Source of the DNA: Azolla caroliniana
Taxonomy: Eukaryota; Plantae; Polypodiophyta
Length of the DNA stretch: 64,000 bases
NCBI GenBank assembly: GCA_043228905.1
Contig: JBHGNT010000007.1
Span: forward strand, 22,630,001 to 22,694,000
Reading direction: 5' to 3'
The notes beneath the pieces were generated by a model. The model searched no databases, was not told the origin of the DNA, and saw nothing but the letters and a program-made list of their open reading frames with translations. A program made the translations under genes and the position numbers. Position 1 is the first letter of the stretch. Each line of letters begins with the position of its first letter. Shown here one piece after another: positions 24,901 to 38,528 of this stretch.

Positions 24901-27315
24901 TTATATTTACTGATGAAAAATGGTAAATTCTATTTTCTGCAAAGGAAGGCTCATGTATGCTTTTTATTATTGGGATTCTCTAGTTCTGGTTCGGTAGAAA
25001 TTGGATTTCGCTATTTCCCATGCTTGTTTACATCATTTACTGATAAAAAGATGGCATCTTTACTTTGTGCGAAAGAGGTCTTAGGCTGCACTGTTTTCAA
25101 TATGATATAAGTCTTTGCAAAGTCTCTTGAACTGTGGCTTATTTTTTCCTTGACATATACGTCTCTTTGATACTCAGGGACTACACTAACCCCTACCTAC
25201 CTGTGGCTCCTTCTGCGATTGAGGGCGCAGGGCAGGTAAAGTGAGAATTATTGTTTTTTACTTCTTGATTATCCTTTATTTTTTCAGACTATAAGTCCTT
25301 GATTTGTGTATGTATGTAGCTTGGCATAGGAGTAGATGGGAAAAAGGAGCCGGAAAGCAATGTCTTACTGGCATCAATAGAGAACATGCAGTATGATGTT
25401 ACTATCGATGTCCTCCACACGGTATGCTATCAGCATCTTTTTATTGTGAGCTCTGATACACTTGCATCTATGTGGTGTTAATTCACATTGGGATCAAACA
25501 AGATATGGAAATTGAACTTGGAATTTCCATAAATAGGACCAAGACAGTTCGTACTTCGGCAAAGTCAAAAAGAATTCGGGTAGTCATCCTCGTTGGATCT
25601 GCATAGAACACATGAACGATGGCCAGAGCTGAAAGAATAAAAATTATCATTCCTTTATCTTAAGCGTTAAGACATTCGCCAACAAATATAAGGAAGAAGG
25701 CATGTTTTTCTAGGCCCTGCTGGGTGGCTAAGGTAGCCACTATCCTCATACTAAACAAAATTATTAATAGCATCCTCTTCCCTTCTCTTCTTCCTCATGA
25801 TACTTCTATTTATCTTCATATTTCTGACCAGTATCCATGTTTGTTGAAGCAATGATTCTAGAAAGATGATATTAATGTATTGGAAAGCCGATAATGTGGA
25901 TTAACACCAAGACAAGTGGCAATGTCTATAGGTATTATGAGTATGATAGTATCAATGGGTGTTAGGAGTCCATCAAGTCTGTGTGATTGGGAAAAGACAT
26001 GGATGCTGGATTGAGGCCAGTAGAGTTCATCATATTCTTTTGAAGAGCTAATAAAAATATCATGGCGTTAAGATTTACAAATGTATGAATCGATCTTGGA
26101 ACAACTTGCTAAGTCACTGGATCCATTTGACTGACATCTATATGAACTATATATGAATCATACATGGTAGAGGTATATATATGGTTGCAATTTGTTCTGT
26201 TTGTGGGAACTGTGGTAGAAGATGATTGTCAGATTGAGAATCATAGTGTAAATATGGATGAAGTGGCACAAGCACTGAGAATAATCATCAGATCAATCAT
26301 AAGGCTATATATTGAGTGGATATTGGCTAATCATGGTTTACTCTGCCTAAGTCAATTGTTTTTGGCTTTGTCATTTCAGATATTCTCAGCATTTGGTACC
26401 ATCCAGAAGATAGCAATGTTTGAGAAAAATGCAGGACTGCAAGCCTTGATCCAATACCCCAGTAAGCTTGTGCTTTTTGTGTTGTAGGACTAAACACCAA
26501 ACACCCTTAACTTCTTGGATATGTACCAGAATGCCCTGTTGTAAAATTGTTTCTACTACAGTAGTGGGGTAATCCTGAAACTCTGAAAAACATAGGGGTA
26601 TATTCTCTTATACATCGAAAATGTGAAGGGTATGATGGTGTTTTCCCCTTCTCTTGTTTTGCATCGATCTTCCCACTCATATTCCAGTACTAACCTCAAT
26701 GTTCAAACGATCTCTACCAGATGTCCAAACTGCAGTAGCAGCAAGAGAAGCATTGGAAGGTCATTGCATATATGAAGGCGGTTTCTGTAAGCTCCATCTT
26801 TCATACTCTCGCCATACTGATCTCAGTGTAAAGGTATTATATAAGTGGGTTTAGGCCATACAAAAAGGCTATGGGAAAACAAGCTTGTCTTAAGATGCTT
26901 TTCCTTGTTTTAATTGTGTTGTTTGTTGCAACAGGCAAACAATGATAGAAGCAGAGACTACACAAACCCTAATCCAGGTCTTCTTCCACCTATTCTTGGT
27001 TCGGGATCACCACTTATTCCAACGACTCCTGGCTTTCCACAAACACAACAAAGCTTTGAAGCAGCAGGGTCTTCACCATATCCTTTTATTCCATTGACAT
27101 CAGTGGGAGGAGAGAATTTACCTCAGCAGGGTGGACCTCCTTTATATCAAACGCAGGCTATTCCAGGTCAAAGCTCTCCCTATTCTAGTTTACCATTTGG
27201 ACAGCCATCACCAGCTAATAATGGATCATTAGGTCATCCATATCAATCTTCTTACAGGGCAGAATCTGGGTCTATGCCCCTGCCGAATAGTGGGTCCTCA
27301 GCCTTCTACATGTAA
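21924..27315 (+). CDS. PTB: Polypyrimidine tract-binding protein homolog (plant PTB1/PTB2 type, 3 RRMs), 459 aa. Exons: 21924-22124, 23750-23959, 24069-24131, 24210-24283, 24670-24765, 25178-25235, 25320-25421, 26380-26461, 26721-26833, 26935-27315
   Basis: QFRYAQPPSKVLHLRNLPWEC, NRNQAFVEF, VYLQYSNRQEIVN, FEKTAGFQALIQF, SNVLLASIENMQY, GFCKLHLSYSRHTDL. All introns are GT-AG and the exons sum to 1380 nt in frame. Confidence 0.95.
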
Positions 27316-28999
27316 ATCAGATCATCTTTCATATCATCCTAGCCACAGGGCACTTCCCTGGGATAAGCAAAGCAGGAAAAGGGCAGAGTTTTGTGTAGTT
27401 TGTTTAGGATTTTTGTTCATTGTAAAAGACCTTTGTTTTTTCTAATTGTAGGATCTACTTTGCATGAACATCAGATATGTATATGATCTGAATTCGGAAA
27501 TTATGCAGAGTAGGCTTGTCATTATAGTGTTTGATAGCAGCTTTCCAAAGACAAATGTGGAGTACTTGAGATCTGCAGGATTGGTTCTGATTTGGGTATA
27601 CAATTGAATGTCTTAGGTAAAAAGGGAAGTGACGGAGATTTCTTATTTACTCCATGAGGTTATAAACCTCGAGATAGTCAAAAGACCCCAGGGAAGATGC
27701 AATAAAAGCGTCAAAACATTCAAAAATATGTACTAGGGGGGTCTGGAAACACACACACGGGCTCAGAGTTGGGGATTTCTTTCTAGTCACCATCTCACTT
27801 TTCTTTTTGTGTGTGATTATGTAAGTCTATATTGTAAGGTAAAGTAGCTGCATTGTCTGCGGTATGGTTACCTTCTGTCCTGTGGGTACCTTTACATTCT
27901 ACTTACGTAAGTTTGGTTGAACTATGAAACGTCTTTGATTTGGTCATGGGCTTTGTTAATTAAGATATTTGCACAACCACCTTGGATACATGCTCATTTG
28001 AGTGGCACAGCACTGTTGAGAATCAATTGCCCATCACTTCAACAAGATTGGGTAACAATTCTAGAAGTGAGATATATTGTCATGTGAAAGATTAAAATCC
28101 AATGCAAATGAAGTGGTTAATTGCTATATTTTATGACATTAGTGTCAGTTTAGAAGTAGCATGCGAGTATGTATTGAGCTGCAAGACAAAAGAACATTGA
28201 AGTAAAATTTAAGTTTCAGGTGAATGCAATGTATGAGAAAATGGATGCATTTTCCTACTCTTGGTTCCATGTCAACTCACTTTTACTAGTTATTAATCCA
28301 TTAATTTATTTATTTTTGCCCAAGTTCCTTCTAGTCTTCATAAATGTTTTTCATCTGTAGAACCCTTCTTTCATTAGGACTTTCTCCGTAGGTCAGCTAT
28401 GATTAACAAAAAGCCTCTAGTTTGGCATTGTTATTGAGCATTACATGTGGAGTTTCATGCTTTTACATCTTGCAATGCGAGCTGCTCATACTGTTCTAGG
28501 GAAAACCCCTAACTTTCTCCATGGACTCCTTATCAGGCACACTTCTCTACCAAAACAAATTGAAGCATCTCAAAGACCAAAGGAGTCCTTGCAAACAAAT
28601 GAATCTCGTAAGGGATGAGGGACCATTAAAGGCCGGTATAAATCTAGTCGAGGGCCATTGCAAGTATGGTTGATATCATCATATCATAAATCTATATGCT
28701 AATTGTTGGTTTGTCAATGATTATTGTAAGTGTGGCATATTCTTCTTCTAAGTCGAAAGTCGTATCACTTTTGATTAAATGATGAAGTTGCAATTATAGA
28801 TTGACTCTTCAAAGAGTATAGATGTTGATAATGGATTCACAATATTCACTTCTGGATAAGATATGAAGTCCTATCATATTCTAGACAATATGCAAACGCT
28901 GAATAACATATAAGATTGTATAAAAAACACCTCATATGTGGCTAGACAGACAATATTAGATTTGAAGTTGGTGACCCCAAATTGAGTTTCACTAGACTA

Positions 29000-29410
29000 A
29001 GTTATATTTTAAGAGGTTGTAATGAGTATATATGTACTATAGATGCCCTACACTTTTGATATCCCTCTGATAGTGGGGATGTTATGGCAAGGTAAACCCT
29101 ACAAGGTATTGGAGGTCTTGCTTACATAAAGGCAACACATCTAAGGACAAGGTGTGTGTAGTGTGCTTTTTTTATTGCAATTAGCTTAGCCTAATCATAA
29201 GTTGTTAGACTACAAGCATTGATAGATTGGAAGCATTGAGTGTTGAGGTCATATGTGTATGCCTTATTCACACATTGAGACTTGGTGCTTCGAAGTATGA
29301 ATATCCCTTCTTAAGAAGGAGACATACATAAAGAAAACCTTTATACTAAGGTCCCATGGGTCAATATTGGCCTCTCTATGGACACTAAATCTCTCTCTCT
29401 CTCTCTCTCT
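29000..29410 (+). mobile_element. Highly decayed 5'-truncated LINE 3' end with (CT)n tail
   Basis: CATGGGTCAATATTGGCCTCT motif (cf. 21189 and 54950) directly followed by (CT)n; upstream sequence is weakly LINE-like. Confidence 0.4.
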
Positions 29411-30308
29411 CATATGGAAAACAAGTCTTATCTATCTCATGGTGTTCGCCTTGTTTCTATTTTAGTATGCATAATATTAAATACATCAACATTTTAAGAT
29501 ACATATAGATAAATTTTATTATTGTCTTAGGAGGTCAAATATGACCTATGAGACAAAAATATAACATTTTCACGCAATACATGCGAAAGTGAGTAGCAAG
29601 TCTCGATGTTCAAGAACTTTCTAATGAATATCATAATGAAGAATGCACACTGTGACTGTTAGAGAAATTTGTGAAAGGATTGGGTCTGGTCAAAGATATG
29701 TGGAAAGCATAGTCGAATGTGATCAAAGGCAAACCATTGTATCAAAGTGTACTACTCAGGCTCTTGAACGTTTTTAGGGCAAAGTGTGTATATTCGGCTA
29801 TTGTCATCTCTTGTGCTCCAACTCACCGTCTCATATCATAGTGACTATGATGTAAATCACATGGAAGTAATAGTTCAGATGGTAGAAAATGGGATGGGCT
29901 CTACCATGTACTGATGTCTATGGTTTTCCCATTAAGCTAAGAATATGGTTTTGCCACTGGGTGTAACATATGTAGTATAATGTGTGAATCATGAGCCTCC
30001 ACAGTTTTCACATGCATGATAGGTTGACATTGCAAAAATGCCTTATTTAAAGAGGATTAGGGTTTAGGGTTTGTGTTGCATCCAACATTTTTTTTAGTGT
30101 GTTGCATCCGACCATTTTCAATATCTTGCATCCAACTAGTAAACCAAACTTTGTTGCTTCCCATGTGAGGGACTTTTTAAACCTTAAACATATGTTTCGA
30201 CAACCTTTTCCATGGAATTAGGCATTGAGTGAAAAGAGGAATATAAGTTGAATTTTAACTTTTCAAGGGGGAAGTTTATTCATGTTTAGATGTAGTAGAG
30301 TTCAAACT

Positions 30309-30462
30309 CATATAAACCAAACGTTACCATAGTTTCAAAATATAATGATGTAATAGAATTCATATAAATCAAACATTACCATAGTTTCAAAATATAATAA
30401 TGTACAAGAACTCGTATAATCAAACATTACCATAATTTCAAAATATAATCATGTACAAGAAT
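30309..30462. repeat. Three tandem copies of a ~51-bp unit
   Basis: CATATAAA(C/T)CAAAC(G/A)TTACCATAGTTTCAAAATATAAT... repeated three times. Confidence 0.85.
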
Positions 30463-30899
30463 CATGAAATATTTGAAACTTAATTAACATATATACATGT
30501 ATATATGCATGTCACTTAGATAGGAAAACAAAGAGCAATTCTTTCATGTGTTCTTCATGAGAGCTATATAGATTTTGCGACTTACGGTTTGTAGGTTTAC
30601 ATAAAGAATGACACTTGTTCTCAGTACAGAAGGTTAACAAATGATGTTTTTTACGATCCAGTGTGCACACCATATCTTGAGTATTGTGGCCACTCTTAAA
30701 ATTTTCTAGCAAGGTCACGCTTGAGAGTGGTAGATGCGATACAACCCCCTCTGGATCTAACATGATCTTAGATTTACATGAAGAAACTTGTTCAGATGCT
30801 TCAATCTTGACTCTTCATCATTTTGCAAAGGAAAAAAAATTGTGTGAACAATAGAGTAGATGTTCTCTCAACACTCTTCATTAAATACATCTCAAACTC

Positions 30900-33300
30900 A
30901 GGATCAATTTGATAGCATATTCTCCATAAGTTCCACTATGATATATTCTTCACCCACTATTTATAAATTATTGATGTAGACTTGATAAAAGTTTGTGTTT
31001 TTTTGCATCAACTTTAGCATGTAACATGACAAAATTTATTCTTCATTGAAGTTTGTTTCAAACCTTAGGGTTTTCACCTCCAACCAAGATATATCAAGAC
31101 AACTCATTGCCTTGTACTGAAATTGAAGATAAGTGGTAGTTTCAGAAATATTCAACATATTTAGTCATGCACGAAAACAAACTTCAATCTTCATATGGTC
31201 CATATCATCTTTTCATTAGAAATGTTATATAAGCAATGCAAAAAAACATAGAAAATTTGGAAATTTATAAAGACAACATGATGTTATTTCATACAAAACC
31301 TCATGAAAGGAAAAGAATATTATCACACTCATAACCTCCATTAACTCAACTTTGAGGTTGTTTATGAATTAACTATCTTCTTCTCAAAGTTTAGGGTCTA
31401 ACATTTGCTCTATGTAATCATAACGTCTTACGAATCAATCTTGTCGACCACCCATTCTTTTATTGTTTCCTCTACACCAACAATCATATCTCATGGCACT
31501 GACTTTTATATCCTACACAAGAATATTTTCTACAAGACTATGGCCAACATGTATATCATGTTAGATATTGACATTGGACACTAATGGCTAACTAAAAAAA
31601 TGAGAGATGTCTAGTTGTGCATAGCGAGAGATAGATCCTTTTAACGTCCATGGGAGATTGATTGTGATCTATGGGACAAAGCCTAGCCCAAGGCGAGTGT
31701 CCAACTTGGTTTCTCTAAATTTTATAACCTTGATGCTATGGTGTAAACCACCAAGCCAACATCTAGAAAGAGAAATGGTTGCTTGAGCATTAAAGGTAGT
31801 GGGAGCACTAAAATCTTTAAAATCCAGAAGCATAAACATTGGTTGCATGAGAGAGAGAGAGGTAGAGAGAAATTTCGTTAAAGGTTGTGTGAATGTTGTA
31901 TTATGTCGTTAGTGAAGTTGCCACAAACTTTTTCACAAGACAACACCCATGATTGTCACATAGTTGTTATTATGTATTTGGCCCTTCATGTAAAGATTTG
32001 ATTCAATTTATTATTAAATCATGAGCACATCATATTGCACTTTGGGCATGATATCTTGAAAATTTCATGTCTTGTGTGTGAGCAATTTCTTAGGCCTTCT
32101 ACATTCTCGTTCACTAATAAAGAAATTAGGAATATCTATAAGAGAACCATAAAACCCAAATTTTTTAGCATGATGCTAATGTCTACATGTATACGTTCTT
32201 ATAATGCATACACAAGCTAGTTTACTTTAAACACACTTCACTTTTACTTTTCTCCTACATCTATTTGCCACATGAACATGTTTTGAAATGGATGGCCAAT
32301 CAAGTTCTCACATTCTCTTGCATTTGAACAACTTTTTTGTATCCCTATCATAGGAACCCTATGTAGACATTTGAACTTAGTCTTATCTTTGGTTACGCTT
32401 AAACTCACTAAGAAACTTCAACCTTCTTTGAATTCCTTGTGAGACCATTTTGTTGCAACTTGCGCCTTTGCAAGATCACATGCTTCATGACAATGCATTT
32501 CTTTGTGCATGAGCAAATGGCTTGCATGAAAGCTTCTGAACTTGCCATCTAATGTTGCATGGTTTTGAGGCTCAACTTTGTTAAAATTTACTCAACTATG
32601 TAGGCATTCACAGGTTTGTTTTAAAAATTTATGATCCAACAAATATGGTGTTATCTTCCATCATGGTTAATCTTGAGTGCTTTCCACACATTTGAGTTCC
32701 ATACATAAAGTTCCATGATCTAATCCTAACACTCATTGAAAAAGAAAATGACATACTTTCTGGTCATTTGCACGTCATGCTTATTATATTTGATTATAGA
32801 AAAATAATCTTTCATCCCATGTTAATCAAACATGCTACCTCTTGTGATCCTTTTATTTTCCTTGGATGTCCCCTTGGATGTTTTTTCCCAAACCTTCAAG
32901 CCTTCATGCCTCATATACCAAATTTCAATAAGAAATATAATGGTTGAATCATTGGTTAGCTCATCTATGTCAATTCCAACATTCCATGGGCGTCCCCATT
33001 GCAATTTTAATCATAAACACATAGGCTACTTATGGGAGAGAGAGATCTATATGATTTTACATATTTGCTTGCTTTCCAAGCTAGAAGTAGGTTTTTTCCT
33101 CTTGTTAATCACAATATTATAAACACCGCAAAGCTTATTATTCCCAACTAACAACATATATGTGAGTACATTATAATATCGCACCCAATTATCTATCAAT
33201 GGGAAAATAATAGGGTGAACTAAAAGTTGCAAGAGTTGGACCTACATTCTCTCTTTGTTTATCATATGCTTATGGTTCATTGGTGAATCTTTCTTAGGTT
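30900..33300 (-). pseudogene. Possible highly decayed hAT-like transposase relic
   Basis: Only the motif GIDIDELTNDST (ORF 32822-33004) resembles the first catalytic-D block (iDE.TD.S) of hAT/ZNF862-type transposases; boundaries are approximate. Confidence 0.3.
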
Positions 33301-33552
33301 ATCTATGGAAAATCCATCGTGTTTTTAAGAGGGAGTTGGATGCTTGTTAACTATTACACTGAGGCGTAAGTTACCACACATTAAGAAAAAACATGGTGCA
33401 AGCATTAAGACTTCATGACCCTATAAATACTCAGAACTTCTATTTAATTCAGCCTATTTGAAGCATTTGAAGTACACACCATTTGAAGATATAAAATAAT
33501 GAAGTATCTAGGATCACATGTACATTGCTGACTCATTGAGAGCATCCAATAT

Positions 33553-33925
33553 TTGATTTTTGTTGATAATTTTATTGACAATAAAATATGTGAAGTTTGA
33601 ATTCTAGCACAAAATTTCAAGATACAATCATTTTGTTGATAATTTTATTGACAATAAAATATGTGAAGTTCATCCCAACATTACAACTTGCCTAAAGCTT
33701 TTCATGCAACGTACTCTCCCACACTTGAGATCATTTCCAAAATCCCTTGCATGCTATTCAATTATGCATAATCTTATTCATATGAGATCATTTCCAAAAT
33801 CCCTTGTATGCTCTTCAATTACAACTTGCCTAAAGCTTTTCATGCAACGTACTCTCCCACACTTGAGATCATTTCCAAAATCCCTTGTATGCTATTCAAT
33901 TATGCATAATCTTATTCATATGTTC
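33553..33925. repeat. Local tandem duplications (~40-bp unit x2; ~138-bp period x2)
   Basis: TTTTGTTGATAATTTTATTGACAATAAAATATGTGAAGTT occurs twice. ATTACAACTTGCCTAAAGCTTTTCATGCAACG... occurs at about 33680 and about 33818. Confidence 0.85.
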
Positions 33926-34229
33926 TAACAAGGTTATCAAGCTACACACATGAATTCTATGTTGTCACAAGATGAAAATCCTATGGCAAGTTGAGCATTT
34001 ATCATCCACATTAAAAGCTTTTAGAAAACCTTTGAGGTAATTAAAGCATAACCTCTCTATACAAGATAATAAGCTAATGTGTCGGATGTATCGTGGCTAC
34101 TATATGTTATGCCTACCATTTGTATTATCACAACTCTGATTATAAAAAGTTGAGAAGAAAATATCATATGTTTGATACCTAAATTTAGGGTTTAGGGTTT
34201 CAGTACCTAGATTTTAAGTGACTTTGATA

Positions 34230-35997
34230 ATTGTTGATCATGAAGCTGTCATAACTCTGCCTTAGAGCCAGTACTCATGGAAAATGTCAAAATGCAACAT
34301 TAGGTTTGAAAGAATTCCTTGAAACCAACATTGAATTAGTAGATTTTATTGTCATGGGGATTTCAAAAAAAATTATTCTCTTCCCTGAAGTTAGTAAGAG
34401 TTGCTACAGTAGACACATCAAAACCATTTCTTCAGAAAATTGGTCCTCTTTCAAGCCAATCATGACTATTTTCTTAAAAAGCTTGTTTATTGATTTAATG
34501 ATTGTGACCAAGACAATAGCAGGGATGTATAAACAAAAAAATTGAAGACCCCTCAATGAAAACAGACATAAATCCCAATGGAGAAAACAAAGACCATGTA
34601 GAAAAATTCTTGAGTTAAGAACTGTTGAAAACATCAACTTTGGGGAAAACAATGCCATAAAATGATTACAAGATGAACATAATTTATCGTATAAATGAAT
34701 GCAACTGTCACCAAAATTTTCTTCATCAATAAACAAATATGAAGCAAAGAGGCCCATGGATGATCTTTACTTTAACTGCACAAAGAGGTGACGACAATTA
34801 GTTCTTTCATCTGATCGGATGAGGGAAAACAATGCCATAAATTTGGGCACCCTGCTTCTGGGATCTGTTTCTGTGGAAGAGTAGAAGAATATAGATACTG
34901 TAGCAGCCATCTCAAAGATTGGATATCTAAGGGAACCTTTAGAACTTTTGCAATGCTGCATATGACACGTACAAGATATTATTGCATTCTTACATAATAG
35001 TTTCATTCTTACAAAAAAACTGAAAAATTCATATTCATATTCTAGATACCTGTCTTGCATGCCTGATCGAAAAAGCCCCTCAAAATGGCTGTCGATGTCT
35101 TCATCTGGCATGATACTCCAGTTCAAAGAGTTAGAAAATCTCTTCTTCAGAGCTGCATTTATCTTTTGGGCTGTGTTTGATCCGCGAGCTAAATTAGCAA
35201 ATCCCCATAAGGTAAAAAATAAGATAGGATTACTTCCTTCCCATTTGTTCAGATTATTGCAGCAACACATGTTCAGATCAATAGGTATATATAAGCATGT
35301 TGTAGCAGCAACACGTGTCTGAAGTGACACATTTGTAAAAGAGTGTGCCTTGATAACTTTAACAAATACATCCAACACACCGTGCTCAAGAAGTTGTCTA
35401 TGACAATATGCAGATACAGACAAACAGCTCGTGGCAATTAAGCTCATAACAGTAACCATGTTCTCAGTTGCTGCTCCATAACTGAACGTTAGTGAAAGCT
35501 TACTGACAAAAGAAGGTAACCAATCATATCCATGTTGTTGTAAGCGAAGCTCAAGCCTACATTTCGTAGTGTCTGACAAGTGATGTGATGGGGAATAATG
35601 AAGGAGAAGTACCACTTTACAAATTAGAACACCTTCTAAACCTGTGCAATCGAGATCCTGTAGATGTTTTAAATCTGGGTCTATACCCCTCCTGTCAACC
35701 ACTTTCACCAGTATCGCACTGATGAAAAATCCAGCATAGTTATTGTTAGAGATAACATACCCTTATATATGAAATTTCTCAACAACCATGTAATAAAGTG
35801 CATTATATAAAATGACAAACTGGACTAAACTGGAATTGCTCTTGAAGGTTATGGTAGTTCGATAAAACCATGAAGCAATAACCTCAAATGATAAGTTGAA
35901 ATGCAAAATCCACGCAGAGCATTTATGCAGAGCCCATGCCAAGAGAGATGAAAGAGAAAGGAAAATTGGAAAGTAATTTAAGCATGTAACCCAGGAA
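34230..35997 (-). pseudogene. Rearranged partial duplicate of the BTB locus made of three pieces: copies of ~39072-39684, ~45462-45700 and ~46726-47640
   Basis: Direct near-identity of each block to the downstream locus. ORF 34767-35708 is almost identical to ORF 46224-47351 up to DEDIDSH, then jumps to FEGLFRSGMQD. Confidence 0.92.
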
Positions 35998-36475
35998 AAA
36001 CCTTCAGCCATGATGCATTTTCAAACTCTTCATCTAGCATGTCAAGCTCCCTTTCCATTTACATCTTCATTGCATCTTAACAGCACATTTGCCTTTCTCA
36101 GATGGAAAATGCAATTTTGACTGGCTCTAATTTGATTAATGGTTACAATTAGTTGCGTCTCACTAGACATGGCTCCAAGGACGTCAATGTACATGCTGCA
36201 TCGCAATTAGTATGAGAATGTTTGCACTCCGACAAATGCTTTCCATCCTCATTGAATTCCTTTGATAATATTTGTCGTTGACTACTGCATGTGTCTCGAC
36301 ACTTTCTTCCACATTGACTATCAAAGATCGTATTGAAAGGACGATCTTCGAATAGTGAACTATAAACCAAATCAAGCTGGGTAAATAATAATAATGTATA
36401 TGTCCATCACTGTAATTTTTTATATATATCCAGCACTGCATTCTTCTTGCCCATTACATGTACAAATTGTAAGTT

Positions 36476-38227
36476 TCACATAACCATATTTACTTCTGGC
36501 AAATATCCTTCATTTCTAGCCTTCACATTCAACCTTAGCAGCTTTGCATATATAGCATCCACTTGAGGATGTTTTTCGTCCCCCAAGGTGAATTTATACA
36601 CTCTCTGCTCAACTTCAATACATGAATTCCCTGGCTTTTTCCATGCATTCAAAGATTTTCTTTGCTCCAAGAGTTCAGCCATGGCATCCCACATGGCCAT
36701 ACCGCTAAAAAGTTTTGAAAGTAAGACATAGCAGGATGCATCCCTTAACTCTAAATGAGAAACCTGATGTAAGCATCTCTTTCCAAGGTCTGAATTTCCA
36801 TAGACTCTTGAACTATTGAGCAAAGATGTCCATCCAGTCATATTCAGGTCATGTGGCATCTTTTCGAGCAGTGCATCAACCTCCTCTAAGCACCCAGCTC
36901 GCCCGAAAAGATCTAATAAGGAGTTATAATGCTCACTCATCGGCAAGACCCCGTATACATTTATCATTGCTTCAAAATGATGGATACCTTCTTGCACAAG
37001 GCCAATATGGCTACATGCAGAAAGAAGACACACAAAAGTGACATCATTGGGAATTAATCCTTCACTTACCATGCCTTTGAAGTAGTGCAAAACCATGCCA
37101 TATTCACTATGAAGCGCATGTGCTGCCATCATAGCAGTCCATATGACCGCATTTCGGTTTCTACTTTCCCCATAAAATACAGAGTGTACATCGTCAAGAT
37201 CTCCACATTTGGCATACATATCAATGAGGATGCTTCTTATGTATGCATCTGAACATAGATCAGACTCCGTGATATCCGCATGAATCAACTTTCCTTGATC
37301 TAACGCTGCTAGAGCAGAGCATGCTTTTAGAACACTCACATAGGTGAAATTATCGGGTTTTTTGCGACTTTCAAGCATATCGCGGAAGAGGGCAAGAGCC
37401 GAGAAGTAATCCTCAATCTGTACATATCCATAGACAATGGCATTCCAAGACACATTGTTTGGTTCAATGCCTTCATTTCGCATCTCATTGAAGAGAGCCA
37501 TGGCTTCGTCGCAAAGAGAATGTTGGGCAAGAGCTGCAATCATTGCACTCCAAGAGACAACATCCCGCCACTTAACACAAAGTCCCCCGAATACAGAGAG
37601 AGCATCATCTAGAGCTCCACATCGTCCATACATGCTAATGAGAGTATTACAAATGAAAATATCAGATTCTTGTGAGGATCCAACAATATCGTGATGAAAT
37701 CGTTTGCCGTTGTGCAAATCTTCAAGGCTCGAGCAAGCTTTGAGGAGAGCAACATAAAGATGCCCATCAGGCCGAACCTTGTGATTCGGGTTATTCTCAC
37801 TTTCTCGATGCATCTCCTCGTAGAGATGAATCGCTTGCTTGGGTTCTCCATTTTCACAAAGTGCTGAGACGATACCACTCCATGCAAACACATTGGGAGA
37901 CTGTAGTTTTGCAAAGACTATGCTTGCTTCTAGAAGCTTATAACCACAATAACTACCACCAATAGAAGGAGATAAGAGCGAGAAGAGGCGGATCAGGTAG
38001 CTCCCTACTATAGTGTTTCTTTCTACTGAGCCACCATCATCATCAATATCATCGTGTTGAACTATGAAGCAATGCGCTTCTCTGCCCACATCAATGTTTC
38101 TGGTGTTGATACAATCCTGTAGAAGAGAGGTGAGAAGCTTGATCACACTCCGTGTGTGCCTGTCTTCTTTTACTAATGATCTTTTCACTGTCTCTAGCTT
38201 CTCCAGAAGCTTGCTTCTCTCACTCAT
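36476..38227 (-). CDS. Pentatricopeptide-repeat protein, PLS class with E1/E2/E+ extension and no DYW domain (putative organellar RNA-editing factor), 583 aa, intronless
   Basis: Repeated PPR motifs (VSWSAMIAALAQ, NTLISMYGRCG, LIDMYAKCG, VTFVCLLSACSH), E domain YVLLS, PG box KKPGNSCIEV, ends HPQ...GYLPE. Confidence 0.93.
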   Translation of the reverse strand: MSERSKLLEKLETVKRSLVKEDRHTRSVIKLLTSLLQDCINTRNIDVGREAHCFIVQHDDIDDDGGSVERNTIVGSYLIRLFSLLSPSIGGSYCGYKLLEASIVFAKLQSPNVFAWSGIVSALCENGEPKQAIHLYEEMHRESENNPNHKVRPDGHLYVALLKACSSLEDLHNGKRFHHDIVGSSQESDIFICNTLISMYGRCGALDDALSVFGGLCVKWRDVVSWSAMIAALAQHSLCDEAMALFNEMRNEGIEPNNVSWNAIVYGYVQIEDYFSALALFRDMLESRKKPDNFTYVSVLKACSALAALDQGKLIHADITESDLCSDAYIRSILIDMYAKCGDLDDVHSVFYGESRNRNAVIWTAMMAAHALHSEYGMVLHYFKGMVSEGLIPNDVTFVCLLSACSHIGLVQEGIHHFEAMINVYGVLPMSEHYNSLLDLFGRAGCLEEVDALLEKMPHDLNMTGWTSLLNSSRVYGNSDLGKRCLHQVSHLELRDASCYVLLSKLFSGMAMWDAMAELLEQRKSLNAWKKPGNSCIEVEQRVYKFTLGDEKHPQVDAIYAKLLRLNVKARNEGYLPEVNMVM

Positions 38228-38528
38228 TCATCTACAAAATTTTGCCAAACAAATACATACATATATATATATATATATATACATACAAAAAGAACAGGGG
38301 AAAAATTTCCCCTGCTCTGATATGCAATTCAGATGAATGAAAACAGAGGACTTTTTTTTCTCAGTTTCCTCCCCTTAATGCCCCTATGTTCTTGTTATTT
38401 CCAATAATGCCCTTATATGAGTCTAGTTCGTGAATCATTCCCCTTTTCTATTACTTGGCCAATCTAGTATTATGTGTGACAAGCCATCTCATTTTCTCAC
38501 CTTCCTTTCTATCTTCCCCTATTGCGCT

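Noticed and set aside
30309-30462. Short tandem repeats here and at 33.6-33.9 kb, 51.8-52.1 kb and 61.8-62.2 kb as CRISPR-like arrays
   Set aside because: Head-to-tail units without unique spacers, eukaryotic context and no cas genes.
34184-34200. TTTAGGG repeats (also at ~30057) as telomere-healing scars
   Set aside because: Only about two units each; such telo-box motifs are common in plant promoters and TEs.
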